Origin: Mytilus edulis
Lineage: Eukaryota
NCBI RefSeq assembly: GCF_963676685.1
Contig: NC_092347.1
Coordinates: 310,001 to 374,000, forward strand
Length of the DNA: 64,000 nucleotides
Direction of reading: 5' to 3'
The notes under the pieces were generated by a model. The model was not told the DNA's origin. It worked only from the letters and a program-made list of their open reading frames with translations, and made no database searches. Shown here piece by piece: positions 25,101 through 39,330 of this stretch (position 1 is the first letter of the stretch; each line of letters begins with the position of its first letter). The translations under genes and the position numbers were made by a program.

Positions 25101-28100
25101 GGTAAATGTATCTGATGGACTGCAGAGGATATGTTTAGTTGTGTGGTACATGTATCTGGTGGTCTGCAAAGGATATGTTTAGTTGTGTGGTAAATGTATC
25201 TGATGGACTGCCGGGGATATGTTTAGTTGTGTGGTACATGTATCTGATGGACTACAGGGGATATGTTTAGTTGTGTGGTACATGTATCTGGTGGACTACA
25301 GGGGATATGTTTAGTTGTGTGGTAAATGTATCTGATGGACTGCAGAGGATATGTTTAGTTGTGTGGTACATATATCTGATGGACTGCAGAGGATATGTTT
25401 AGTTGTGTGGTACATATATCTGATGGACTGCAGAGGATATGTTTAGTTGTGTGGTACATGTATCTGGTGGTCTGCAAAGGATATGTTCAGTTGTGTGGTA
25501 AATGTATCTGATGGACTGCAGAGGATATGTTTAGTTGTGTGGTACATGTATCTGGTGGTCTGCAAAGGATATGTTCAGTTGTGTGGTACATGTATCTGAT
25601 GGACTACAGGGGATATGTTTAGTTGTGTGGTAAATGTATCTGATGGACTGCAGAGGATATGTTTAGTTGTGTGGTACATATATCTGATGGACTGCAGAGG
25701 ATATGTTTAGTTGTGTGGTACATGTATCTGGTGGTCTGCAAAGGATATGTTCAGTTGTGTGGTAAATGTATCTGATGGACTGCAGAGGATATGTTTAGTT
25801 GTGTGGTACATGTATCCGGTGGTCTGCAAATGATATGTTCAGTTGTGTGGTAAATGTATCTGATGGACTGCAGAGGATATGTTTAGTTGTGTGGTAAATG
25901 TATCTGATTGACTGCAGAGGATATGTTTTGTTGTGTGGTACATGTATCTGATGGTCTGCAGAGGATATGTTTAGTTGTGTGGTAAATGTATCTTATGGAC
26001 TGCAGAGGATATATTTAGTTATATTGTAAATGGATCTGGTGGTCTGCAGAGGATATGTTTAGTTGTGTGGTAAATGTATCTGATGGACTACAGGGGATAT
26101 GTTTAGTTGTGTGTTACATGTATTTGATGGACTGCAGAGGATATGTTTAGTTGTGTGGTAAATGTATCTGATGGACTGCAGATTATATGTTTAGTTGTGT
26201 GGAAAATTTATCTGATGGACTGCAGAGGATATGTTTAGTTATGTTATAAATGTATCTGGTGGTCTGCAGAGGATATGTTCAGTTGTGTGGTACATGTATC
26301 TGATTGACTGCAGAGGATATGTTTAGTTGTGTGGTACATGTATCTGATGGACTGCAAAGGATATCTTTAGTTGTGTGGTAAATGTATCTGGTGGTCTGCA
26401 GAGGATATGTTCAGTTGTGTGGTACATGTATCTGATGGTCTGCAGAGGATATGTTTAGTTGTGTGGTACATGTATCTGATGGACTGCAGAGGATATGTTT
26501 AGTTGTGTGGTAAATGTATCTGGTGTTCTGCAGAGGATATGTTTAGTTGTGTGGTACATGTATCTGATTGACTGCAGATGATATGTTTGGTTGTGTGGTA
26601 CATGTATCTGATGGACTGTAGATTATATCTTAAGTTGTGTGTTAAATGTATCTGATTGACTGCAGAGGATATGTTTAGTTGTGTGGTACATATATCTGAT
26701 GGATTGTAGAGGATATGTTTAGTTGTGTGGTACATGTATCTGATGGACTGCAGAGGATATGTTTAGTTGTGTGGTAAATGTATGCGATGGATTGTAGAGG
26801 ATATGTTTTGTTGTGTGGTAAATGTATCTGATGGACTGCAGAGGATATGTTTAGTTGTGTGGTACATGTATCTGGTGGTCTGCAAAGGATATGTTCAGTT
26901 GTGTGGTACATGTATCTGGTGGTCTGCAAAGGATATGTTCAGTTGTGTGGTAAATGTATCTGATGGACTGCAGAGGATATGTTTAGTTGTGTGGTACATG
27001 TATCTGGTGGTCTGCAAAGGATATGTTCAGTTGTGTGGTAAATGTATCTGATGGACTGCAGAGGATATGTTTAGTTGTGTGGTACATGTATCTGGTGGTC
27101 TGCAAAGGATATGTTCAGTTGTGTGGTACATGTATCTGATGGACTACAGGGGATATGTTTAGTTGTGTGGTAAATGTATCTGATGGACTGCAGAGGATAT
27201 GTTTAGTTGTGTGGTACATATATCTGATGGACTGCAGAGGATATGTTTAGTTGTGTGGTACATGTATCTGGTGGTCTGCAAAGGATATGTTCAGTTGTGT
27301 GGTAAATGTATCTGATGGACTGCAGAGGATATGTTTAGTTGTGTGGTACATGCATCTGGTGGTCTGCAAAGGATATGTTCAGTTGTGTGGTAAATGTATC
27401 TGATTGACTGCAGAGGATATGTTTAGTTGTGTGGTAAATGTATCTGATTGACTGCAGAGGATATGTTTTGTTGTGTGGTACATGTATCTGATGGTCTGCA
27501 GAGGATATGTTTAGTTGTGTGGTAAATGTATCTGATGGACTGCAGAGGATATGTTTAGTTGTGTGGTAAATGTATCTGATTGACTGCAGAGGATATGTTC
27601 AGTTGTGTGGTAAAAGTATCTGATGGACTGCAGAGGATATGTTTAGTTGTGTGGTACATGTATCTGATGATCTGCAGAGGATATGTTCAGTTGTGTGGTA
27701 CATGTATCTGGTGGACTGCAGAGGATATGTAGTTGTGTGGTACATGTATCTGATGGTCTGCAGAGGATATGTTTAGTTGTGTGGTACATGTATCTGATGG
27801 ACTGCAGAGGATATGTTTAGTTGTGTGGTAAATGTATCTGGTGTTCTGCAGAGGATATGTTTAGTTGTGTGGTACATGTATCTGATTGACTGCAGATGAT
27901 ATGTTTGGTTGTGTGGTACATGTATCTGATGGACTGTAGATTATATCTTAAGTTGTGTGTTAAATGTATCTGATTGACTGCAGAGGATATGTTTAGTTGT
28001 GTGGTACATATATCTGATGGATTGTAGAGGATATGTTTAGTTGTGTGGTACATGTATCTGATGGACTGCAGAGGATATGTTTAGTTGTGTGGTAAATGTA

Positions 28101-29440
28101 TGCGATGGATTGTAGAGGATATGTTTTGTTGTGTGGTAAATGTATCTGATGGACTGCAGAGGATATGTTTAGTTGTGTGGTACATGTATCTGGTGGTCTG
28201 CAAAGGATATGTTCAGTTGTGTGGTACATGTATCTGGTGGTCTGCAAAGGATATGTTCAGTTGTGTGGTAAATGTATCTGATGGACTGCAGAGGATATGT
28301 TTAGTTGTGTGGTACATGTATCTGGTGGTCTGCAAAGGATATGTTCAGTTGTGTGGTAAATGTATCTGATGGACTGCAGAGGATATGTTTAGTTGTGTGG
28401 TACATGTATCTGATGGACTACAGGGGATATGTTTAGTTGTGTGGTACATGTATCTGGTGGACTACAGGGGATATGTTTAGTTGTGTGGTAAATGTATCTG
28501 ATGGACTGCAGAGGATATGTTTAGTTGTGTGGTACATATATCTGATGTACTGCAGAGGATATGTTTAGTTGTGTGGTACATATATCTGATGGACTGCAAA
28601 GGATATGTTCAGTTGTGTGGTAAATGTATCTGATGGACTGCAGAGGATATGTAGTTGTGTGGTACATGTATCTGATGGACTACAGGGGATATGTTTAGTT
28701 GTGTGGTACATGTATCTGGTGGTCTGCAAAGGATATGTTCAGTTGTGTGGTAAATGTATCTGATGGACTGCAGAGGATATGTTTAGTTGTGTGGTACATG
28801 TATCTGGTGGTCTGCAAAGGATATGTTCAGTTGTGTGGTACATGTATCTGATGGACTACAGGGGATATGTTTAGTTGTGTGGTAAATGTATCTGATGGAC
28901 TGCAGAGGATATGTTTAGTTGTGTGGTACATGCATCTGGTGGTCTGCAAAGGATATGTTCAGTTGTGTGGTAAATGTATCTGATTGACTGCAGAGGATAT
29001 GTTTAGTTGTGTGGTAAATGTATCTGATTGACTGCAGAGGATATGTTTTGTTGTGTGGTACATGTATCTGATGGTCTGCAGAGGATATGTTTAGTTGTGT
29101 GGTAAATGTATCTGATGGACTGCAGAGGATATGTTTAGTTGTGTGGTAAATGTATCTGATTGACTGCAGAGGATATGTTCAGTTGTGTGGTAAAAGTATC
29201 TGATGGACTGCAGAGGATATGTTTAGTTGTGTGGTACATGTATCTGATGATCTGCAGAGGATATGTTCAGTTGTGTGGTACATGTATCTGGTGGTCTGCA
29301 AAGGATATGTTTAGTTGTGTGGTACATGTATCTGATGGACTGCAGAGGATATGTTTAGTTGTGTGGTACATGTATCTGGTGGTCTGCAGAGGATATGTTT
29401 AGTTGTGTGGTAAATGTATCTGGTGGTCTGCAGATGATAT
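22195..29440. repeat. 44-bp tandem satellite (homogeneous from about 23085; decayed at 22195-23085 and 21060-21142)
   Basis: Unit GTATCTGATGGACTGCAGAGGATATGTTTAGTTGTGTGGTACAT, with a PstI site in most units. Confidence 0.97.
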
Positions 29441-31782
29441 AGATATGAGAAGCCAGCCATACAGACAAGAAAAATGTTTTAAAATTTTATTAAATTAATT
29501 TATACTATTATTTGTTTTGCATTTTTAAATAATGTGTTTTCCTGTTTCTTAATATTCGTCCTTTTATACTATTTAGTTATGTTTTCACTAAAATGTCAGA
29601 CTGAGGTTTATTTTTCGGAATTTGCAGAATAGCATTAAAGAACAATTCTTTAAGTTAAAGGAATACATATGTAGGACTTGGTGGTGCGACTGGGACGCTG
29701 AAGTACAATGGTCACGCTGAAGTGCATTGGTCCACGGATACGTCAAAGCACGATAATCCTCTCGCTGAAGTATGATGGTTTGGCATGACGTTTGAATATT
29801 ACTTGTGACGTTTTCAAATACAAAGTTGAATCAAATACAACAGGGTTTCGCAGATAGGAGAATAAGATTTTGTAGACGAAATTTTAACGCGAGTAGATGA
29901 AAGTTTCATGCGAACAAAGGAAGAAAAAAGTAAAGAACGATGCAAGTCCTGTAACAGTTTTAAAAAGTACTAGTGCAGGTGGATATTACAAAAAAGACTA
30001 TGTGCGGTGGCAAACCATGGGAACCAAATTAAAGCGGCAAAATATGAACTCGATAATATTTGTATTAAGAACATCGTCACTCTAGCCTTATTTTATTGTT
30101 GTTATAGTATTTAGATTTCTAAATCATTTTATCCGAAATTAACCTGACTAGTACCTTAGTGGACCTCCCAATTTACTTTATTCTTCTCAGCAAGTGGCGA
30201 ATCAGCAAATGTAAAAAAATGGCAGAAAACGGGTCTTATTTTTATATAGACTTACACTCTGAATTTTTCTTTTTTTTCAATCTTCTACATTATAATATTT
30301 GACTCCAAACTTCTGTGTAATAATAGGAGAATTTAAAATTAGATTGAAACAAATTAGAATTTAAATTAAAAATACAAGCGATGTATTTATATAATACTGT
30401 AGGTTATAAATTTCTCTAAATCTTGAAATGATGTCTGGAAAAATATCAAGAATATAAAAAATAAATCCGCTTTCATGCTAATTTTTCTGAAATGTAATAA
30501 GATTTATACTAATAATCATAAACATTTTTTAGGGTAATTGAAATGAAAAAAAGCTCCGATAAGAATTAGCTGGGGTCCGTGTTGGTTAATATTTAGTCGT
30601 CGGTGTTTGTGGTAAATCTCTTTTCAGTATAGAACTTTGGAATCATAGACGTTTGCCAAACATTTTCTATTGATGATTGATTGTTGCTGAAAGCCTACAT
30701 TTTAATATAATCCCTTATTCTAATGTCTGAGCACTCTGACTTATATTTTGTCGCCCTGAAGAATGATACACCGGAGAAGAAAGCCTGATCTCTCAAACGA
30801 TTTCCCTTTCAAGTAAGTCTTTATGAACCATATGAGACAAAAAACTAAAATTATTTATCATAATAGTTTATTATTTACCCGTCAAGACCACGCGAATAGC
30901 TGGGTATAGTTATATTCTATTAAAAGTACTTTGGCACAAGGTTATTATTGTTCATAAAAGACTCGCTGGAGGGCAATTGATTTAACTAGTCGAATGCAAT
31001 TTATTTATTTATCTCCTTCATCACGGACCGATCCTTTGAAGTATGTACATAATTAATTTATCTTTAAGTAATTAGAACGCACTGTAATCGGACCGGAACT
31101 ATGCAAAAAAATGAGAGTCATCCTGACATTGTAATGCTATCACTGTGCATTAAAAAGATACAATCAAAAGTGACAATCACATGAAAATGGATTGTGAAAA
31201 TTTGACAATGAAACGTGGTGCATTCGTCAATAAAATGGGTACTGATATTCGAAAATAAAACAAAGAACATTATCCAGTGTATATAAAGTGCGAATCCAGT
31301 CAGTTCATTTTCACTGTTGTATGCGAGTTGGTTCATTGTAGAATAAAGGATCATGGGAAAACTTTATTTGTTTACGTTTTGAAAATACCAAAATAATTGA
31401 TTTGAAACTAAATTTTAACATATTTTCATTATGATGTGTCTTTTTAATGTAAAATAACAGTATTAAAGTTCAAATATGTGTTATAAAAGCAACATAACAT
31501 AGAATATCAGTTATTAAAAGCGACCCATTTTCACTATAGATGCTATGAATTATCACTGTATGGCATTCATTTCTGATGTAGAATTTTCGAAAATGCGATG
31601 AATTTTTATTGTAGATTAATGTAATAATTAGACTTGCAACACATGAAAAACTTTTTTGATTACTTTAATATTTATATCTATTTATAACTTGTATATGTCT
31701 ATAGAAACTGGCTGGTCATTTATACGTTTTCCCACAGTATTGACATGTGTGAACTGTAAACTGAAATGTTTCCCCGCAATGT

Positions 31783-32625
31783 TTTTTTTTCCGGTTCGTA
31801 TATCGCTATGATGTCGTTATCGTCTGCGTCGTCCGAAGACCCATTTGGTTTCCGGACAACTTTAATTTAAGTGAATTGATCTATATAAATTTTAAAGAAG
31901 GCTCAATACCACAAAAGGAAGGTTGTGATAATGTTGGGGATCATGGTTCCAACCGTTTACGAAAAAGGGACATAAAAGAAGCATGTTTTTAGTTTCAGGA
32001 TAATTACTTGTGTATAAGAATTTTGATTGTTCTGAAATTGTACCACAGTGTTCAATACCACAAGCAGAATGTTAGGATTCATTTTGGGGTTATGGTACTA
32101 ACAGTTTAGGAATGAAGGAACAAAAGGGGACAAAAAACAATCATGTTTGTAGTTTCCGGATAATTACTTGTGTGTACATTTTGGGATCTTTTTCGCATTA
32201 TCACATAGGGAAGACTGGGATTTGGTACGGGGATAATTGTCCCAAACATGCAGAAATTAGGGGCAAAAGAAATGGCAAAACAAACATTTTTCTAGTTTCC
32301 AGACAATATCTTGTGTTCAAGTGTATAGACCTCTCTAAAATTGTACTGCAAGGTTCATTACCAGAAAGGAAAGACTGGGATTTGGTTTGATGGTTATTTG
32401 TCCTAGAAGGAAAACAAAATGTTATGGGCGGGAAGAAACCTTCAGTTGCACAGTATTGCGCATACGATTTCTGATCTTCGACCACATTTACCTTGTGTCA
32501 GAAACCTATATAACGTCATAAATTTAATCACAATCCAAATTCAGATGGTATCAAGCTTTGATATTATGTCCAAATTTGCCCAAACTGTTCAGGGTTCGAT
32601 CTCTGCGGTCAGCGAAGCATTTTTA
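31783..32625 (+). mobile_element. Helentron-associated/HINE-like non-autonomous element with internal about 145-160-bp repeats
   Basis: T-run start, (CGTC)-like microsatellite at 31813-31833, four decayed GTTTCCGGAYAA-anchored units (31848, 31992, 32152, 32295), and end GCGAAGCATTTTT. An inverted fragment of its 3' part lies at 33481-33540. Confidence 0.6.
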
Positions 32626-32697
32626 ATGTTTTACTATAAAACGAGCAGATGTGATTAAAAGTTCCTGTTGCTTTCTTCATATGGTAAACTATGCCAG

Positions 32698-32975
32698 CAT
32701 AGGCGTATCCGTGGGGGCCTTGGGAAAATTTGGTTGATTATATAGGGAATCACTGAAGCCTGACTTGAGCATGACTTGACAAAGTCGATTTGAAAAGTCG
32801 ATTTGAAAAGTCGATTTGAAAAGCTCACTAGAGCTTGTGTTATGTAGTTTATTGAATATCGACTCTAAATAAAACTTTGAATTGAATTGAAAAAATTGAC
32901 ACAAAAAGGGGAGGGGGTCCCCTTTTTGTGTCAGCCATCGGGCCTGCCTTACAAAAAGTTCTGGATCCGCCACTG
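32698..32975 (-). mobile_element. hAT-like MITE
   Basis: Ends CATAGGCGTATCC / GGATCCGCCACTG, flanks GCCAG / CCCAG; related to 35931-36084 in opposite orientation. Confidence 0.7.
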
Positions 32976-35930
32976 CCCAGTTCTGCTTTTGAAGTGTGTG
33001 GAACAATGAGTACAAATCAGGCTTTCTCAATGCTATCAGTTGTTGTGCTTATTGAGAAGTCTTAAAATTTTAATTCACACTGGTCACATTTGTTTAACCC
33101 ATTAGTGTGGATCTTCTTATGCCTGGGAAAACTAGCTACCCATTTTGTCTTGAAAGGACAATGCGTGCATTGGTATGAAGACCCCTCCTTAACTTTAGTT
33201 CTTTTTTTTCTGTGATTCATCTTTACTTGCCTCCCCTATTGTTGAGCCCCCAAATGCTCCAACATCCATATTCTGAAGGAAAGATAGTTTTTAGCTCGAT
33301 TGTTGCTTGCATGTACTTTACTGTATAAAATGAAACGACGATGTGACATATAATTATCCAAAGTCATTAAAGCTTGAAATGCAAGTCAAGTTGTGTAGGG
33401 CAAACTTTATCTGTCAAAAACGTATACTGATAAAGTTGCATTGGAACATGATGTACGTGTTGTAGAGCACCCTTGATACTACCGCAGAGGTCGAACCCTG
33501 AACAGTTTGGGGTAACTATGTACACAACATTCAAGCTAGACTTCATTTTTGATGAAATAAAAAAAAATGTTTAATTTCGGACCCTTTGAAATATTGTTGT
33601 TTTTATCCCTTTTTATCCCATTCTATTTCGATAGACACGAGAGATGTACGTATTCAGTGATGAAGTGTCAATGCATTGGATAAATATAACTACACTTTAA
33701 ATAAAGATTTTGATGAATTATAAAAAAAATCTATGACATGCTTCTTCTGATTGGTAAATAGACCCATACTCGAAATCCAATGATAAAATGTGTTTGCACA
33801 TGCGTATAATGACTACTGCAGAAACATGAATTTTATCAAATTGGCATGCATTTGAAAATATTTTGCATTAATCTAAAAACACTTTCAACTCTGAAATGAT
33901 CCACATATTGTTATATTATGACAACGATGTGTTTTATTTAAAATAAATATTAATTCTATTGAATTTATTGGAGTGTTCAATCAAACTTTCCATCTCAAAG
34001 TCAGCACTATCAAATCCTTTTCTTACTTTAATTATTGTTTGAGCAAGTCGGCTGAATTTGGAATTTAATGCATAAAAATTAATAAAATTCATACAGTGAA
34101 AATGTACCGCATATACAATACTAATGGATCGCTCTGACAGCGAAAATGAAAGTAAAGTATAATTTTTCAACAGTGAACATGACTCGCATGAAGATAGCAT
34201 CATAGTGGAATTCATTACAATATTGGCAAACTGAATAACAAAAGCTATTCTACGTTATACAACATTAATAATTGTGTTGTAATGAATATTTTTTTGCAAC
34301 TACATCTTTCCTGCTAGTTTTTAATCACCTGCACAATTTGTTCGTAAAACGTCCTAAATATTCACCTATTTCGGTATATATTTCACGTATGGATGTCGGA
34401 TAAAAACCCGTTCCCATCTCTTACTTTGTATAACTTGTATTATTTATTACTAAATATAATACATGTGCACAATTTTCTTCATTTTCTATAAAAATCATAA
34501 TTTTTTCGTCTGTTTATTTACCATTCTACATCAGAAATGCATGGCATATACAATGGAAATGGTATTTTAGGATCCGCACTTTACATACACTGTTATCGTC
34601 AATAAAACATGTGGAATTCGGTAACAAGACGTTGAGCATTTTGAGCATTCGTCACTGTTTTAACAATTGTCGTTCTTACCGAGAAATTTAAGGAAATAAA
34701 TGATTATTCAAGCAATCAGCTAAAATTCATAGAATATTTTTTTAGCAGTTCCTCGTTAATTTGCTATAGTCAATGGTGCTTTATACAGACATATATGGTT
34801 GCATGATTTAATTTAAAACATTTTCTTTTGAATTTCCCCTTGTGATTTTGATAACAAAACCTAACATTAATATCTGACAGTTCCTGCAATATTCGTCGAT
34901 GTTTGCACCATTATAATCAGTTTAATGCATTCGTGATAGCTACAGTCACTTACTCTGTGAATCACACGAGACAACGTTCTTTTAACATCTGTTATATACA
35001 CGTGCGTGTGGCTGTGATATCGATCGATCTTCTACTCGGTGTCTGTTATAAAACATAGTCCTCAAATAGGCTGTGGATTTTGTTCGATTGAAAATGAATG
35101 AATTAATATAGCCGTAAAATATTTTTTATTAAAGAATTTTTCAAACAGATTCCCCTAAAGTAAATTAATTCCGATTTTTTAAAAAGTCAATTACAACACA
35201 TATTGACCTCATCAAAAAAATAATTGTATAATTTACAATTTTTCAAATGAAACGCAAATGACAGGACGTTACACATCTATTGTCTTTGACGAATGTTATC
35301 AATAATTTTCTTTTTTGTGTAACATTTACAAAAAAGGAGGAAATTACCGTATACAAGTTTAACCATCCTTGGACTTCCCGTCGATTAAACTCTTGCTGTA
35401 AAAGATTAAAACAACACGTTTGATAATTCATGCGTCCGATGCGATTTTCTGAATTTACCCATAGGGACTCGGTTAGCAGATTAAATTTTTTTTAAATTTT
35501 TTTTTCAGTATTTCCTGTCTACTTGTATTACTTTTTTTTCACGTATTTGAGGTTAACAACAATATTTCTTTGTTTTCTAACAATGTGCAGTTTACTATCC
35601 ATATCCGTATACTGAAAAAACCTAAAGGGGTCTAAGTCGCCATCTTGAATTGCCTTTCCTACTTTAGATGTTACATGTTAAAAATGTCTGGTATCAGTGG
35701 CCACATTCTACACTTTACGAACCCTTGCAATGCATCTAATGGTTCCGATGATGACAAGTTTGCAGGCTTTTCTGATGTTTATAACACTTCTTATGCTTAT
35801 CGAATCCACATACCTAGCTGAACTTATTTATAGTTATTTGTAATGACTTGACGTGTTTATATACATATAATACATGGAGCATTGGCTGCTGGACGTTCGG
35901 CCAGCAATATTATCAGTGTACTTACAGCAT

Positions 35931-36084
35931 CAGTGGCGGGTCCAGAAATTTTCATAAGTGGGGGCCCACTGACTTCATAAGAGATGGCCCGCTCCGGTCA
36001 AGCTTCAGTAATTGCCTATATAATCAACCATTTTTTTCCAGAAAAGGGGGGACCCCTGCCCACTCCTCCCAAAATTCGTCTGCG
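35931..36084 (+). mobile_element. hAT-like MITE
   Basis: Starts CAGTGGCGGGTCCAG, shares GCTTCAGT..CCTATATAATCAACCA with the 32698 element, flanks AGCAT / AGAAT. Confidence 0.65.
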
Positions 36085-36842
36085 AGAATATATAAGTATT
36101 AACTTCTCTTAAGCACTATCGGCTAAAATTTGGGGCGTGCGAACGATTTGAAAATTTTAATAAAAAAATATTTAATTTGCAAATTTTTGAGGCGAAGCTT
36201 GAAAAGTAAAGGCGAGCGATTAGATTTTTTTTTGTAAACATAAAATAGTAGGTTTTGACAATATAAAAGCTTGATTTATCACTAATATGGTGATTTTATC
36301 TTTATACATCTCACACATTTAATATGGTGATTTTATCTTTATATATTTACACATATAATATGGTGATTTTATCTTTATACATCTCACACATTTAATATGG
36401 TGATTTTATCTTTATATATTTACACATATAATATGGTGATTTTATCTTTATACATCTCACACATTTAATATGGTGATTTTATCTTTATATATCCCACACT
36501 TATAATATAGTGATTTTATCTTTATATATCTCACACATATAATATGGTGATTGTATCTTCAAACAACTCACACATAAAATATGGTGATTTTATCTCTATA
36601 AATCTCACACACTCAGATACTATGTTGATTCATACTTAACTTTACATTTTTTGTACGCTCTTACCTAAATTGTCCTTCTCATGTCAATTACTTTAATTAT
36701 ACTGGTTAAAACCTATTTTCATAAGTATTTACATGTAGTTACTTTTTTTTTTAATCCTTCTTGATCATCACAGAAAAATAAAACAATTTTAAGAAAAGAA
36801 CTTGGATTATCAAAAGAATGAAAACATTCAGTTCAGAGTTTA

Positions 36843-37474
36843 AGGGGCACTAGCTGTCAAATTCATGTTCACAATTTGATTGATAACAATGTAAAACATT
36901 TATCCAACCTATTAAAAGTCTATTAAAAATAATCAATTAACAGGACAAGGGCATGAACATACGTAGCTTCGTTTCATGTGTATTTTAGTCTATACGCCAT
37001 CTAAGCGATGTAAACATACATATAGATATAAATAGATTAAGCAAACTCGTGCTGTTGGATTTTTGTAGGTCTATTTAATTTCATATTATAGATACAAAAT
37101 AAATGTTTATCATAATTTTTTACCTGTATAAGAATGATTTTTGTGGATCGAATAAGTCAATCAAATGCTTTACCTTTGTTGCACTTTCAATGTTGACATT
37201 CTTTTTCTTTAAATAACTTTACACACACAATTCACGTGTTATCCATTCAAGCTAAGGGGTTAAATTGAAGTTCACATGAATACGGATTCAATGAGGTCCA
37301 ATTATTTACTTGCAAGTGAATAATTCATAATCAATGTTTGTTTGCATATTTTGACAAAATTGAACCATACTGGCTGCTAAAAGCGAATTATTATTTCACT
37401 ATTTGCATTTCATAAATGATTGAGCAAAAAAATAATATATTAGAATTTTTATCTATCTCGTAGCTAGTGTCCCT
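36843..37474 (-). mobile_element. Kolobok-like MITE (duplicate of 15486-16145)
   Basis: TTAAGGGGCACTAGCT...AGCTAGTGTCCCT-TTAA, with the same flanks as the arm A copy and a small internal deletion. Confidence 0.85.
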
Positions 37475-37837
37475 TTAACATTTATAAAAAAAAATAAACG
37501 TGTATATTAACCATATTTGAATTCACTTCAACGAGAATCTTTGTGATTTGAAGTGTTACTGGTTCCATTGATAGATTAGTATTCAAATACATTTTTGTGT
37601 TCTTCAGAATATTATATATAATAAGGTAATCATGTAGCACTACAGTAGTTTGTAATTGGAATAAAACAAAACCTTACTGGAAATTTCACATAGAAATAAA
37701 ACCATCTGTCAGAATACAATAAGCAAACATTTGTTACAAATGTACCTTAAAGGCTTTTCTACAAAGGAAATGTATAACACTTGTGAAAATACCAGATGGT
37801 TCAAATAACAGTCCTAAATATTTGTCATCTAATAGAT

Positions 37838-37930
37838 ATAGGAAGATGTGGTGTGAGTGCCAATGAGACAACTCTCCATACAAATAACAATTTAAAAAGT
37901 AAACCATTATAGGTTAAAGTACGGCCTTTC
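37838..37930 (-). mobile_element. Family Y terminal insertion specific to arm B
   Basis: Interrupts AATAGAT|TCATATTTAG, which is contiguous in arm A (about 15108-15127). Confidence 0.85.
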
Positions 37931-38480
37931 ATATTCATATTTAGATATAAACATTTTTTTCCATTGAAATCGTGTTTTGACTTTGCCGATGTTACATGTA
38001 CTTACTAATAATACTTTAGATACGACAAACTTAATATGATGCAACACTTTATTAATTTAATAACAAAATAGTAAACAAATTGATTGTACTCATCAACCTT
38101 ATTCCGTTTTATTATATTTCTCTGCACATTCTTTTCATCAATAATTATTCCAAACTAAATGTTAAGAAGCTTACATTATATATCTCATCACACTTTAACT
38201 AGGTTCAATCAGATCTGACTGATTGCTATCGTTAATGCCTGTCCATAAAACATAAACCGTAGTTGAGAGGAGGCTTTTGGAGGTTCTTTTATTGTTCGAC
38301 CGACTGTTGTAAAATTGTGTTCAATACATCTAAACACTGTAAATACTTTGAACCAAGTAATTAGTTTCTCTAAATGATCTACTTCATACAAATATTTTCA
38401 ACTTTCGAGGACTTTACTATCTTTATAGTAAATGATGGCATTGCAAAGTTGAACAGTTCAAACTCTATAACATGTGCTAA

Positions 38481-39330
38481 AAATGAAAGAAGACAAACAA
38501 GCAAACAATAGAACACATGACACAACATAGAAAACAAAAGCATAAGCAACACGAAATACTAGTAGTATAATTCGATAGGCACATTCATGAAAGGGAAAGG
38601 GGTTGTAGTTACGACGTAAGGAACATATCCGATATCATTTGTGAAACGGTTATTCCATAACGGTCAACCAAATTGTGATGGCGTCTGTAAATTTTACGAA
38701 GGGATGATTTCAACTACACCATTTGGAACTCTGGGTTTAATAGCTTCCTTGTGAGCAGCAACCCTTTATCAATTAAGAAAATCATAATAGGAAATGCAAG
38801 CACGGGAATATCGTATCAATTGGGAGATACATACCCCGTATGCAGGTGCTGCTTGAATGTTGCTACTTAGAAATGGAAAGTTCACAATTGGAAAGCTGCA
38901 AACATCTCTTTTGTTGTAAAGTTTTGTTTTCAACCGACCCTCATTGTCAATTTCTATATTTAAGTCAAGATATAAGGCCGACTTAACTGTATCTGTTGTA
39001 TCCTTTATCTCAAGTTCGATGGGATAGATGCGTTCAACATAGTCACCAAATTTTGAATTATTTAGTGAAAGAATGTCATCTATATAGCGGAAAGTAGAGT
39101 TATTGCTCACTTCTTATCTTTCTTCTTAAGAAGATACTGTATGAAGTCAGCCTCATAACAATAAAGAAACTAGTCGGCAAGAAGAGGGGAACAATTGGTT
39201 CCCATTGGAATGCCGACAGTCTGTTCAAAAACACATCCTCCGAACGTAACAAATATGTTGTCAATCAAGAAACCAAGCATCTTCATAATGTTAGTTTCAC
39301 AGAATTGTTTGTTTGAAACAGAGTAACCCT
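38481..39330 (-). mobile_element. 5'-truncated Penelope-like retroelement (Naiad-type), specific to arm B
   Basis: Absent from arm A (about 14565-14581). It contains an RT relic that ends without a C-terminal GIY-YIG domain. Confidence 0.85.
38609..39325 (-). pseudogene. Penelope-like reverse transcriptase fragment
   Basis: FLIDNIFVTFGG..QTVGIPMGTNCSPLLAD*, FRYIDDILS, YLDL, KLYNKRD..FPIVNFPFLSSNI, YGVCISQLIRYSRAC, RHHNLVDRYG; several stops and frameshifts. Confidence 0.9.

Noticed and set aside
24651-29402. ORFs in the 44-bp satellite
   Set aside because: Satellite translation artefacts; used only to measure higher-order offsets.
34571-34620. Possible 50-bp exon (TTTTAG|...|GTAACA)
   Set aside because: Only splice dinucleotides support it, with no partner exons or recognisable peptide.
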